64,000 nucleotides of DNA from NCBI GenBank assembly GCA_030324005.1, contig JARDVH010000025.1, positions 83,635,521-83,699,520 of the forward strand. The letters are read 5' to 3'. Each line of letters begins with the position of its first letter. The first letter of the stretch is position 1. Source of the stretch: Negaprion brevirostris. Its lineage: Eukaryota. Below the pieces are notes generated by a model that had not been told where the DNA came from, did not search any database, and was given only the letters and a program-made list of their open reading frames with translations. The translations under genes were made by a program, and so were the position numbers. Shown in pieces: positions 49,601 through 63,361 of this stretch.

Positions 49601-52444
49601 ATATTTCCATTTATTTCCTGGAGGTATTCATTCTTGATATGAACCACAGACTGAGAAACAATGCTAGAGTTTGCATTGCATCACTGGCAGGTAGAAAGTA
49701 GGAAGGCAGATGAAATTCATTGAGTGCTCTTGTCATCACCTACCCACCAGCCCTTGACCTTTCTTAAAACTATCCCTCAAGGTCATACTTCCCCAGTTAC
49801 CCTCTCCCCACACTGGGGTCTTGAATATGCCTTCCACGCCTCTCACCCTCCCCACTGGGGCCTGCCAACTTTCTGTCAGCCACTGGTCCCCAACCCCAAC
49901 CCAGAACTTGCCTCTGAGTCTTGGCTCCTCTTTATTGGAACTGCCTTTAATCCCAGCAATGGCTACCACACCCACCTGGCATTGCAGGGACTATGAGACT
50001 ATAGAACTGCTGGTCATCCGATCGGCTGACAGTTCTAGAAGGTAGGACCTCCTTCTCAGATAGGGTTGGAAATCATACCTTAAAAGCAGTTAACACTGCT
50101 CCCAACGTTAAACTGCTGCAGGACAGCTATCAGTATAGTGGTTAGAGTTACCAATGATACTAGGGCGGCACTGGGACTGTGGACTTATGGCACCCCCGAG
50201 TCCAGGTCATAGCTATTATGATATTTTTTCTCACCTCTGTCCTGAAGGTGAAGATTCTTTTGTTGGGTATAAATTGGTCTTTTTCTACTTCAATCTTCAT
50301 ATGTGACCATCAGCAATTAGTGTTGACAGAGTTTGCTGTGTGGAGCAACACATCCAAATTCTTGAAATCTCATCTCTGCGTTGTCCTTCTTAAAGGATTC
50401 CTTGATAAACTTTCTTCAAATGCCTATTTAACTGTGTCTTAATCAGCTCCTGTAGTTTCTTTGCTCCCACTTTCCACACAGATACAGCACCTTGAGGTTA
50501 TTGTTCTGTGAAAGCCTCTACTCAAATATAAGTTTTTGATCTTTCCCTGAGCCAGTATTAACATATGAATACCTTAGAGCAGGGGGTCACTGGATAACAA
50601 TTGGGCGCAGGACTCATGACTGGCATTTCCACTTACTTTCCCAAGAATGCTGAAATGAATCAACAAGTTCCTTCTTGTTCAGTCACAACCACCAATCACA
50701 CCTGCCACTCCCCCACCCCCTCCCCCCTCCCCGNNNNNNNNNNNNNNNNNNNNNNNNNNNNNNNNNNNNNNNNNNNNNNNNNNNNNNNNNNNNNNNNNNN
50801 NNNNNNNNNNNNNNNNNNNNNNNNNNNNNNNNNTCGTCCCCCTCCCCCCTCCCCGCCGCCAACACCTCCACAACCCCAGCTGAGATCAGTCACTGTTTGA
50901 ATATTAACGTGAGCTTATTGTATCATCCACCTACACTCTAATCAACGCTGGGAGAATAATATGTACATCAGAAGAGTGAAATTCCTGCTCTGGGATTTTG
51001 CTCCACGTACTGAAGCAGTTTGTCAGACCTTGTTGAAAGCCTGGGCAACCACATCAAAGATAATGAAGTAGTGGCTCATGTGGTGAAACGTTGATGCAGG
51101 CCAACTTGCTGAGTGGCGTCCTTGATTGCTCTGGCAGTAACCAGGTACAAGGTATTAGCAGATTATTCCTGGCTGCCTGTGACAACCTCTGGGCAATTCA
51201 TATCTTTCACTGCGGATGCACTTTTTCCGATTCCCAGACAGTTTTCATTTTTATTAATCTCTTAACAGTTTCTGCTGAGTGAAGGGAAATTATCTGTACA
51301 ACAGAATAATCTTTACATGCCTCACAGCTAATATATCCAAGTTCAGCTGGAAACCCCTTCAACGGGAACTCGTTCCATGTGGAAACAAGTAACCCTCATA
51401 TTCTAAATGAAACTGCACAGATTTCAGAACCTCACCTTATGTTTACAGATCAAAATATTCCTGATGTTGAATCAGCATGTCAAATGTGTATCAAGTACAA
51501 TTTAAGCCACAACAGGACAAGGAGGAAGGAAATGGAAGAGAGATGGGCAGAATTTTATTCCTTAATAAGTGACTACAGTGGTTTGCATTTGGTTGCTATT
51601 GTAGACTTGCTGTAAATCATTTATGACATTAGCAAACATTAAACAATTAATATTAGAAAGTGTGAAAGATTTCCAGATATATTAATAGGTAAATGAACTA
51701 CATGGTGTATCATTAAGCAATGTAGATTTGATTTCTGTTTAGTGTTGAGTTGGCTAATCCCTGTCTGACTGTGATGAGGAAGGTGCATAGGGCTGCAGTT
51801 CTTAATGAATTTGACTTTGTGAGTTAATGTGAAACAGGTGATAATGAATTGGCAGTCCACTCTGCATCTCTCGTGACTGACCTCAATGGAAATTAAATGA
51901 CACTAGGATGTCACAGGGACCGTGGACTTATGGCACCCCATAAGTCTACGGTCGTAGCTATTATGATATTTTGTCTCACTTCTGTCGTGAAGGTGAAGAT
52001 TCTTTTGTCGTGAGAGATGTAACAGGGCTGTTGATTCACTATCATCGGTTTTAAATCATCACACAAGTCAAAATCCAGCCTAGAAGAATCAATGCAGGGT
52101 CCTCACTCCCGATCGCATTGCAGTAATTGTTCTGGAAAATGCATGAGATATCAGTTGAACATAGAGTTAGGTTTAACTGTCCTCATTTTATATTTGAAAC
52201 TTTTATGGTTAGGATCTTGGGAGCTCCTTACTAAAGGTTTCCTTATCTAAATCGAAGGATCATACGTGTGAAAATGTGTGAGGGCATTGTCCTGTCATCA
52301 GACTTGTACATTACACAACACATTTTATTAGTTGGCTCAAACAAAAACAGAAAATGCTGAAAAATCTCAGCAGGTCTGACAGCATCTGTGGAGAGAGAAT
52401 AGAGCTGATGTTTCGAGACTGGATCACCATCAAAGCTCTGAGTG

Positions 52445-52750
52445 GTTTGAGAAGTAGGGGACACAGTCTCAGAATAAGAGGCAGACCATTTAAGCCTGAG
52501 ATGAGGTAGCATTTCTTCACTCAGAAGGTGGTGACTCTTCAGAACTCCCTACCCCTGAGGGCTGTGGAGTTTGTTAAGAATATTCAAGCCTGAGATTGCT
52601 GAAGTTTTATGTATTAAAAACACCTAGGGATACAGGGATAGTGTAGGAAAATGTTAAAGGAGATCAGCCATGATCTCACTGAATGTCAGAGCAGACTCGA
52701 AGGGTCTGACTGGCCAATTTCTGCTCCTATTTCTAATGTTATGTTCTTAC
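52445..52750 (+). mobile_element. CR1 3' fragment
   Basis: GHSLRIRGRPFK.EMR..FFTQKVV motif and CR1 tail. Confidence 0.75.
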
Positions 52751-52889
52751 TTTTAAATCTGGGGCAGGAAGGCTTGTGGATGACCTTCCCATCCTGATGT
52801 TAATTAAGATCCTTAGATGAGCAATTAATGCCCAGTTAAGGATCTCATCCTCCCATCATTGGGGCCTTACCATGAAGGGAGACCAACGA

Positions 52890-54650
52890 GAATCACAGAA
52901 ATGGCCATTCAGCCCATTGTTTCTGTACTGGCCAAAAAAGAGAAAAAGGAAATTCGTTGATTAACTTAATCCCACTTTTCTGCACTTGGACTTCCAGGTT
53001 ATAACATTGTAGATGCAGATTCATAGAACATAGAACATTACAGCGCAGTACAGGCCCTTTGGCCCTTGATGTTGTGCTGACCAGTGGAACCAATCTAATG
53101 ACCCTCTAACCTAAACTATTCCAGTATTATCCATATGTATATCCAATGACCATTTGAATGCCCTTAAAGTTGGCAAGTCCACAACTGCTGCAGGCAGGGC
53201 ATTCCACGCCCTTACTACACTCTGAGTAAAGATTCAGGTACCTTTAAAATGTGTTGACCATTTCAGCCTCAACCGTCAATTTAGACAATGAATTCTGGAT
53301 GCCCATCACCCTCTGGATGTAAAAGCTTTTCCTCATTTCCCCCCAATCCTTATGTCAATCACCTTAGATCTATACTCTCTGATAATTATCTCCTCAGGTA
53401 GGGTAAACAAGTCTTTCCTGTCTACCCTGTCTCGGTCCCTCATAATTTTGTACATCTCAATTGTCCTCCTTTGTTCAGTGGAAAATGACCCAAGCTTCTT
53501 CAATCTTTCCTCACAGCTGCAATTTTCAAGCCCTGGCAACATTCTTCTAAATCTCTTCCACATTCTGTCTAGAACAATTATGTCCTTCTTGTAACGTGGT
53601 AACCAGGACTTCACAAAACATTCTAGCTGTGGCCAAATCAATATTTTATGCAGTTCCATTCTTACATCTCTACTTTTGTACTCAATAGCTTGCTCAATAA
53701 AGGAAAACAATGCACATGATTCTTGACAACCTTGTCCACCTGTCCTACCACCTTCAAGGGCCTGTGAATATGCACTCTGAGGGCTAATCACTTCCTCAGC
53801 CCCTCTCAATTTCTTCCTATTAATTAAGTATTCCTTTGCTTTGTTTGCCCTCCCTAAATGCATCACCTCACACTTTTCCAGACTGAATTCCATTTACTAT
53901 TTCTCTACCCACTCAAACCATTCCGGAGGTGACAGTTATCCTTTTAATGGTCAACTATCGTTGTCAATTTCTGTCACTTGCAAATTTCCTAATCATGTGA
54001 CTTAGATTTAAGTTTAAACCATTAATACATGCAAGAAACGGCAAGGGCCTCAACACTGAGCCCTATAGAATACCATTGGAAACCATTTCCCTCCATTTGC
54101 AAAAACATCCATCGACCATTACCTATTGTTTCCTGTCACTGAGCCAATTTTGGATCTAACCTGTCACCTTCCCTCTATCCCATCGGATCTGACTTTTCTG
54201 ACCAGAGTGCCGTGTGGCACTTTGTTAAATGTCTTACTGAAATCCATGCGGACCACATCCACTGAACTACTCTCATTAATCCTGCCACTTGTTAAAAAAA
54301 CTAGATTACATTCGTAAGACATGATCTTTCCCCAACAAAATTATGCAGACTTTGTCTGACTAATCTATGCCTTTCTAAGTGATAGTTTATCCTGTCTCTC
54401 TGAATTGTTTCCAATAATTTGCCCACCACTGGATTCAGACTGATCAGCCTATAACTTTCTGGCCGATCTCTTGTATCCTTTTTAAATAATGGTATAGCAT
54501 TCGCAGACTTACAATCCTTTGCAACATCTGGTGAGGTTTGGAAAATGATCCTCACTGCATCTATGCATCTCAATCCATCTAGCCTTAGTGATTTATCCAC
54601 CTTCAAGGATGCCAGTCCATCCTTAACTTCTGCTGTCACTATGCTTATGG
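52890..54650 (-). mobile_element. CR1 LINE ORF2 fragment with a nested CR1 3' end (53022-53230)
   Basis: ORF 53333..53893 (EKCEVMHLGR, RMLPGLE) and ORF 54301..54639 (PLFKK..R.RP.SYR.ISL..VVGKLLE, RSCLTN). Confidence 0.9.
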
Positions 54651-57600
54651 TACGTAATATTTCACACTAGCCAACATTTGAGTATGGGGCCTGGCATTGG
54701 GAAGGGGCTCCCATGAAAGACACTACTATATGCTATCTAAAAAATGAGGTAAGGCACAGAACACAAGGTATAGAACAGTGGTAGGCTTAAATTGTATCAA
54801 AAAGAGAATGGAGGGAGGGAAAAAAACAGTTTAGATCATTGAATAAATTAGATTAAACTGTAAAAACAAAATAAAATAAAACTGAACGTTGTCACCAATG
54901 TATTAACCAATGAGCTGGAGAAGTAGCCAGAGGTCTCTTGATAATTTTTGTCAATGTTTTATGATCTGGCAGGTGCTAAGTGTATGCAAACAAAATCACA
55001 AAAGGGAAACTTAGTAAGATATCACACTCTTTTCTTGTACCACGAGAAGGGTAAGTGTCCTGAAGTCAAAAGTCACAAATTCCAGTAACACTGCTGAATG
55101 TTTTAAACATTAAATTAAAACATTCATTAACAAAAGAAAACAAACACACAAGATTACACGTACACAGTTAAAATCAGTCTTACAGAACATTCCCCCCAAA
55201 GGATTACCAACATGGATAGACTCACAAATAAGTTCCCCTTTAGGCAATAATCCCTTTACAGATACTTAACCCATCAAAGTTACCACAAGATAAATCCACT
55301 GTCACAATTGGGAGTTATGTAACAGGGCTGCTCTTCTTCCAGTTTGCAGTGGAAATTCCATGAAACTTGAAAAGTTTGCTTTCTGGAAAATCAAAACACT
55401 TTTCTGGTTGGCTGGAAGCTCATTTTGCTTTGCACTGCGGAAATCAAGCTCCACCCCCCACTTAGTTATCCACTTAAGGGCCTCATTTAACTTCTAGGTG
55501 GGAAGGCTGTCTGAGACTTTCTGCCCAGAATTAATCAAGCAGAGTGTAATGGTACGTGTTCTATAAACTCCTGCCAAGGTGGTATTAAATACCACCCCAA
55601 CCTTCAAACTCATCAACAGGGGAGCACTAAATTCCACCCTCAATTACCAGTATAAAATTCTTGAAATCGATAAGCAAATTGATGCTTAACATTCTTCTGA
55701 AGACAGTTTAAAATTTATTTCAGTCGAGTCACCATGGCAATCATAGCAGGCAAGGGGTGGACCATTGAAAGGGCCTTTGATCTCGGGCGGGATTTTCCGC
55801 TTTCACAGAGAGCATGACCGGAAAATCCCACCCACTGTCTCTATCTACCATGATCATATTAAATGTGCATTAATAAAGTCACAAATAATTTGGATATTAA
55901 TTATAAGTGTAAACATTCTACTTCTACATTTATTTTTTAAATTATTCTCCTAATAGTTTTCACTTCCAGTCCACCTCGTTCAACTGAAGATGTTGACACT
56001 GGGGAGATGCATTTCTCCACACTGATTGTCTTCAGGTACAGTGATTAAGTGACCCTTTTTCAGTGCAGGCTTGGCTTGTGAGTATTGACATTCTATTCCA
56101 ATGCTGTTGGCATCATCGCAGCATTCCTGATTTTGTCTTCAGCCGATGTGCATACGTTCACACATGTTGTCTGGAAAACAACTGTTATTCTTTGACTGTA
56201 GCCCTTTCAGATGCACTAAGAAATCTTGAGATAATACATGTTGCATCTTTTAAATCATTATGTTTGGATGAGGCAATCACTGTCATATAGCAACATGGCT
56301 CAAATGGTCATTTTCTATTTGCCAGTAGATTAAATGCTGATATTTCAACAAGTAATTTTCCAAATAAAATTGATAGGTAAAATGACATTTAATTGATTAG
56401 GAAATGGCATTGTCAGCTATATTGACTATTTTAAATTTGAGTTGCATGCCACTCCTGCCCTTTCTTCTGATCCCTATCACCCAACCTGTGGCCCCCTTCC
56501 TACGCACTCTCACCTATGGCCCGGATTCCTCAGCAATCCTACGCCTCTTCCAGTACTTTACAAGTATCAACCACCATTCCTGGAGACCCTGCTGGCAATA
56601 AAGATTTCTGATTGACTAAGAGCTCTTGGCAGGTGGGATTTCCACCCCTTTGGAATCCTGAATCACTGGAAAGCTCAATCCTGGCTGTTTAAGTGCCTGA
56701 TGGGCACTTAATTCTATCAGGCTTACCCCAGTAAAGATGATGCATGACTCGCATCCGTTCTCTAAGTGGCAGGCAGGATCCTCAATATCAACTGTAAATT
56801 TGGACCTGAATTTCTGATGCAAGTACAAAGCTTTGACTTTTAGAATCTGAAATACAGCTCCACATGAGAAAGGAGAGAATTAGAATGTTGAAAATGAAAA
56901 ACAGTGTTTACTGATTATAGAGATAGATTTCGTCAAATAGTATGTGTTCATGGGTGTACTGAGAGTGAGAATTTCCTGGCACTATCAACAAAGAACTTTG
57001 CGCACTGAAAAATCCTTCCACCTCAACAACCTTTCATCAAATGGCTGACGATGTGCAAATCAAGCATCAGCATGTACTAAGGGTTATTTTTGCAGTGGAA
57101 TGTCTCTGTGAATTTAACTCTTCATCAGGTAATGGTGGACCAAAATTCTTTCTAGTTCAGCTATGGATTCAGCATGCTGAGCTGCTGATAGACCAGCCAA
57201 TCTCCAAACAGGAAGCTGTCAACTCAAATGTTCTTTCCCCCCTGCCATTTTAGTATTACGCCTACGTGAAGGAGATAGATCACCTAGGCTAGTGAGTGGG
57301 CTGCAAGTTTGAAAACTGGCCCATTTACCAACCCTTAGTGTCCCAGGATGTTAGCAGTTAAACAAGTGGGGTTTCGGGAATAGGGTCTGGTGGGATTTTT
57401 GTTGGTTCAGACTGATTCTATGACTCCATGAATAAGATTGAATACATTTAATACACACCAAACATTTCATAATGAGTGGTAGAATATGCTTAATCATATA
57501 TTAACAGAACAATCAACTTCAAATGGTAAAAACGAAAGAAATATTTATGCTTTGATTGGACACAGAAGGAGTGCATGGTTTTCAATAAGTGTGTGTAGTC

Positions 57601-58799
57601 AGCATGCACCTCACTTCACGTTTCCTTGCTTTACATGTGTATAACTTGAGTGATACAACTGGGGAAAGCCGACACCAGTGAAATCTGGCAATCTTGTAAA
57701 TGGGCAACGGTCATCCAAATGTCTCATGGGCAACATTCAGAATCCTGATGGGCCCTGTGTGGTCTACGGGCTTTAGGTTTGCCACTGCTAGGTCACTAAT
57801 ATGACTAGATTAATTGGTAGTGTGTGAGTGATGCAGTATTTAGCAGAGAGTCTAGCATGCTTTTGCCTTGTTGAGGGGGCTGAGCATGGGTAGCATGTCA
57901 TTAAGATCATACAAAGAAGCATTTTTTATTCATGGCACAGCACTGTTTGATATTGGGGTAGAAGTATTGTTTAGTACTGTCATCATGCAGCTTGTGAAAT
58001 ATCAGTTACTATTAGGCTTTGTGGTGTCCCTGACAACAATACATTTCACTCTACAAAGCAATGTTGCGAAACGTTCTAAAGAAATATATTTGCTGAGCTG
58101 TGAAGAGAAAGGGGAAATGGAAAACCGGGAGCTACGGAGCATAATAAGCAAAGGAATGGTGAAAGAAAAAACTTTTTAGGAGAACCTTGAAGGCACAGAG
58201 GAAACCAATGAGGCAAAGAGAAGCAGTAAAGAGCTCCTCAGAGTGCTAAGTGTATTGGCTGAAGCGTGCTAACATTAACATGGTGAAAAGAGGAGTTGAG
58301 GATGCAGATAATCATGTACAGCTGGAGGAAGTTGCAAAAGCAGGTTGGGTGCAGGGAGGATTTTGGAAAACTGGGAGATTTCTTGACTGTACCATGATCG
58401 GTTCTGTGTAATGTTTTATAATCAGCAACTCTTCTTGTTCTATTAGAATCTCAAAATCTCCTTCAGGGTAGCCAGTCTGCTTCCATNNNNNNNNNNGGCG
58501 GGTGGATGAATACAGTAACTTGCAGCCAATTTGTGGGGATATTGGAAGTCAGCATAACTGGTGTGTGAGCTGCAAGAGTTTTTTGCGGGAGACAACATAG
58601 ACCATAGGATTAACTCTAAACTTATATAAATCATTGATTAGGTTGCAGTTAGAATGTGGTCAATGAGAAAGGTATTTTATCATAAATAAGAACCTGGAAA
58701 ATTTATCCGGTGTCCAATCTTACTTACGTCAATTAGAGTTAGGGAATACAGTTACAAAATGGTACTGAGAATGAGCCTTCTTAGTTAAAAGTAGAGACT

Positions 58800-59165
58800 A
58801 CAGAAACAGAGATTCTCTTCACTCAAACAGAAAAGGTGGAGTGAAGATCTAATAGAGGTGTTGAAAGCTATGAGACATATTTATAGCAAATAAACTGGCT
58901 AGTGAGACAGTAACTACTGGACCTGAAGTAAAGATCACGGCCAAAAGAATGAAAGCAGAGGTTAGGGTACCTTTGTTATCCATGGATTGTTAGACAATGG
59001 AATGGGCTATGAGAAATATTGATGGTAATAGATCTTTAATAGCTTTTCAAAGGGGCCATGGATAACTATTTGAAATATAAAAGAGGGTATGTGGGGAGAA
59101 ACTAGGGGGTTGGCACAAGGCTGATGGTCTGCACAGCCTCCTTCGGTGTAATGAAATTCTATCAT
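58800..59165 (+). mobile_element. Old CR1 3' fragment
   Basis: DLIEVLK.M motif and degenerate CR1 tail. Confidence 0.55.
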
Positions 59166-60796
59166 TGTACGGCACCCATTTGTCATCAGGCATAAGAAGC
59201 AGCCATTTGACAAAGGATCGCATTTACACTCGACTCACTGGAAGTCCTTTTCCCAGTGACCTGGTTTGTAAGCTTTTGAAATCCCTCAATTTCCAAATCC
59301 ACCTTCTACGAAGGACATTTCAAAGTCAGACTTTTACCCTCTCCTCAATGAGAATCTCCTTTGCACTGATGTCATGCATACTGATATTAAACACTTTCCC
59401 CTAAGGCTTCCTTGAGAGGTTAACGCAACACTAAATGTCATTTTCCATTAGTCAAAGGAGCACTTTTCTTTTAGCTCAAACAATTTATTTGAACCAATAC
59501 AGGATTGTGTGGACAGATGTCTGAACTGCAGAGCTCCCACTTTATTATAGTTTGTTCAATCGGGGAAAAAAACATTTATTGCTTAAGATTTCTTTCTGAA
59601 AAGGTGAATATAATGTGAACCATTATCAACAATGATTTAAAATCTGGGTGTGTGCACAGGCATTTTACATATGTATACATCATTCATGCCTCTCAGAATT
59701 ACCTTTTTGCTTCTTAGAGATCAATTAACAGTTCTGAAACCTGAACCTATTTTCCTGTCGCAGATGCTGATGTGACCTGGTGTTCACTTCTGCTTTATTT
59801 CTAACATTGTCATCTTGTTGCTCTGACTCAGAAAGAAGCTTAGATACCAGCAATGCAAATGTTCAAGTCAGTTCCATTTAAGTATGAATCTGAACAATGT
59901 GCTGGATGTGAACCACACACAATGAGAAGCTACTGCATTCTTCAAAGCTCCTTTGTTCTGCACTCACCTCTGGGTGGTGCTGGTGTACTGGACTCACTGC
60001 TGCTGCTGCTGATGAATTTGGCTCGAACTGGCTGGCACCAGCTGAAGCTGTCTTGACAGTACACAGGCAGACAGCCCCACAGAGAATACAGACAAAAGAA
60101 ACTGCAGAGAGCAGCGGAGCTGGAACGCTTCATCACCAGCAGCTCAGCTACCCCCGGTTATTCATCTGCATTGCAGATCCCATCAATTCTCCTGCTGCGA
60201 CAGCAGCCGACTACACGCTNNNNNNNNNNCAGGGATTAGGAGGAACTGGGAATAAGGGAGGGAACATAATAAGCACAGTGTATCTGCTTATTAGCCTAAC
60301 ACTGTATGAGCATTGTATGAAGGTTCTCGGAATCTGCGTTAGTCCCCCGACACCTCGCCAATCTATCACCTGTCAAGTAGCTGCCACAAATACAGTGTGA
60401 CTAAAGAATGTACTAATGCCCATTGTCCTAATGGTATCAACTCTGGATTTTCTATAATGAAGCCCACACATCAATTTTAATTCTGCTCTAGCTGCCAACA
60501 GGACTGAGCTATGAGTTTGTTACTGGTTTTTTAAAAAATGGTTTTGCTTGGCATTGCCTCTTCTTTTGGACAACTGAATTTCATTTGTATTTTCTATCAC
60601 GTCCTTAATTCAGAGCTAATGGCTATAGAAGACTGTTAAAGCAGGCCGATCATGTTTCTGCAGAAACAAGCCATGGATGTTAATTTGTGATGAACACCAA
60701 GCTTGTAATCAACCAATCTTTTCTAATTGCTATTGACATACTCATTTGACTATCACATACCCTAACGTAGTAATAGTGCTGATGTTACATCTAGAG

Positions 60797-61113
60797 AGAG
60801 AGAATCCTACAGTGGAGAAGGAGGCCATTCAGCCCATCAAGTCTGCACCGACCACATTCCTACCCAGGCCCAATCCCCATAACCCCATGTAGTTACTTTA
60901 GTTAGTCCCCCTGACACTAAGGGTCAATTTAGCATCACCAATCCACCTAGCCTGCACATCTTTGGACTGTGGTAGTAAACTGGAGCACTGAGAGGAAACC
61001 CACACAGACATAGGGAGAACATGCAAACTCCGCGCAGACCCCAGCCAGGAATTGAACCTGGGTCCCTTGTGCTGTGAGGCAGCAGTGCTAACCTTTGTGC
61101 TATTGTGCTGCCC
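60797..61113 (-). mobile_element. HE1-like V-SINE, near full length
   Basis: Reverse complement GGGGCAGCACAATAGCACAAAGGTTAGCACTGCTGCCTCAC...GGTTCAATTCC. Confidence 0.85.
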
Positions 61114-62639
61114 CACGTACACGCCATATATACTTTGTTTCTCCTCTCAAGTCTATTTGCTTCCAAGAAGCATCCTTCAAATAAGGGAAGATAGTGATAT
61201 CATTCACAGACACCCAGGAACTGTTGGGAATAATTTGTTTTTGTTTGGTTTAACTTTCTGTTCAGCCTCTTTATTCATTATCTGCCAATGGGAAGTGATG
61301 AAATCAAACTGGTTGCTGTTATTTGGAAATGGTTTGCTCTATGCCTCTGCTTTCAAGTGCAGTTGAAACAAACACATTGTTTTCAGATGATGTTGATTTA
61401 CAGTATTTTTTTCTCTCTGTGAAGACATGAAAAGCTTTCTGAGCAATCAGCATCTTAATTAAAATAAAACCACTGTCTATTAGGATGGATCTATCACTGA
61501 ACTGGTAGCTAGAAGTCACCAGAACATGATCAGTTTAATATCACCACAAGCACTTTGTTTAGGGAGTCCTGAGCTGTCACGTGTTCTGTCATCAAAACTG
61601 GTTGAACCTTGGGGCTGAGTCAGATTTATGCATGATATTGACTCAGTAAAGCAATCTCAGAGGCTTTGATCTTACTGCAGTTGGGGTTTGATAGGCTGGG
61701 CACACCTTAAGCCAAAGCACATTGGAGGCCTGTTTGTTATGTGGTAAATGTAAATCAGAGATAAAAAAGGACAAAGTGTGAGCTTAATGATTATTGGTTA
61801 TACCGTTCGCTTTCCCAGAGTTTATACGCTGGTAAAGGGAAGGCACTTTGTTGGACGCTTACTTCACACATCTTAAAGAATAAGTGCCATTGTTTTCTGT
61901 GTGGAAACACAGTTATCAATTATTCAAATTGGCACCTAATTGTTTCCTGTTACATTAGCTGTAATAAAGATAGATCAGCTGCTTCCGGAAAGGTTACAGT
62001 CTGCAAACAATAAAATGTAATCATTAAAAATGATATACACGATACAAAATCAATACACTATTGATATAGAATTAGATTTGATTTCTGTCTCCAAAATAAT
62101 AAGACGGACGCTCAATCTTCCAGCTCTTTTATTTGGGTCCATGCAGCATTTAACTTTGCTCTAATAGCATGTCTTTAAATTTTATTTGAGGTTAGCACGA
62201 AACTTTTGAGTGGAATGCAAATAGCATCGCACTGCCTGCCTGAGTTCTAGACCTATTTGCATTGAATGCTCCAACTTGTGCATGATGACTCCCAAGGTCC
62301 AGCTTCATCCTTAGGTAGGCTCTGGTTCCTGATGAGCTTACTGTTAAACAAACTATGGTAACTGGCAGCCACTGACCAAATAGATTCTGTTTTTGATCCC
62401 TCAGTTACAGCATTTCTTTCTCATCCTGACGTAACATCTTTGATCAGAATTGTGTGTGTGGAAGATGCTTCTTCTTTCAGGTTTTCCACTCATCATGAGG
62501 GAATAGTGTGGTATTGAATAGTCCTTCTGTCCAAGGACTTGATGAGCATCTGACAGAATGTACTCAGTTCAGATGTGTGACTTGCATTCATGAATCTAAG
62601 TCACACTTAATGGAGTTCGCTTTTACTTGTTTAACCTAC

Positions 62640-62815
62640 TGTTATGAATGTGGGGTGTAGCCCCTTTAAGAGGACAGATCAGGTGACCCAGAGGGCAAAG
62701 TGACTGTCCAGGAAACCTCCCGAAACTTGAGGACTGGAGTGTGAGGAATACAATTCTTCAATAAACCCTGTAGTTCCTGGGGCTTGTTTTTGGTGTGACT
62801 TCTTAGGAGCTACCT
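62640..62815 (+). mobile_element. Possible solo LTR
   Basis: Starts TGTTATGAATG, contains CCCCTTTAAG (also present in the 41961/44470 LTRs) and AATAAA at 62760. 3' CA end and TSD are not clear. Confidence 0.35.
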
Positions 62816-63019
62816 CCCTGATATGCTCAGATTTAACACCTACACAGCCAAAAATACATCTGAAGATAGCCATTTCTTATTGGACAATCATTGAAGCCCC
62901 AAACATTATCACATGGCTCATCATGCCTCTGCACAATCCCAATGTGCCTGACCAAGTCAGGTACAATAATCTCCACCAGTCTCGTTATGGAGCACTCTAT
63001 ATGACGGCTGCAGCACATT

Positions 63020-63361
63020 CAATATTAACTTTCAAAAGGGAGTTGGATAAATACTAGGGGAGGAATTTCCCCAAAAAATGATTGTCACGCTGGATGAGAA
63101 AACCAATGTGAGTTGCTCCGGCAAGTCCAGTGTGAATAATGGTAGGAAAGACTATTACTTAAATGGCGAAAAACTGCAGCAGGCGACGGTGNNNNNNNNN
63201 NNNNNNNNNNNNNNNNNNNNNNNNNNNNNNNNNNNNNNNNNNNNNNNNNNNNNNNNNNNNNNNNNNNNNNNNNNNNNNNNNNNNNNNNNNNTTATTGAAT
63301 GGCGGGGCAGGCTCGAAGGGCTGGATGGCCTACTCCTGCTCCTATTTCTTATGTTCTTATG
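63020..63361 (+). mobile_element. CR1 fragments with N gap and 3' tail
   Basis: YYLNGEKLQ motif and TTCTTATGTTCTTATG tail. Confidence 0.75.

Noticed and set aside
59850-60400. CAG/CTG-rich ORFs (60053..60400 and overlapping)
   Set aside because: No recognisable domain or splice structure; low-complexity composition explains the open frames.
61529-61542. ATCAGTTTAATATC matches an internal 14-mer of U2 snRNA
   Set aside because: Isolated AT-rich 14-mer with no flanking U2 similarity; compatible with chance.
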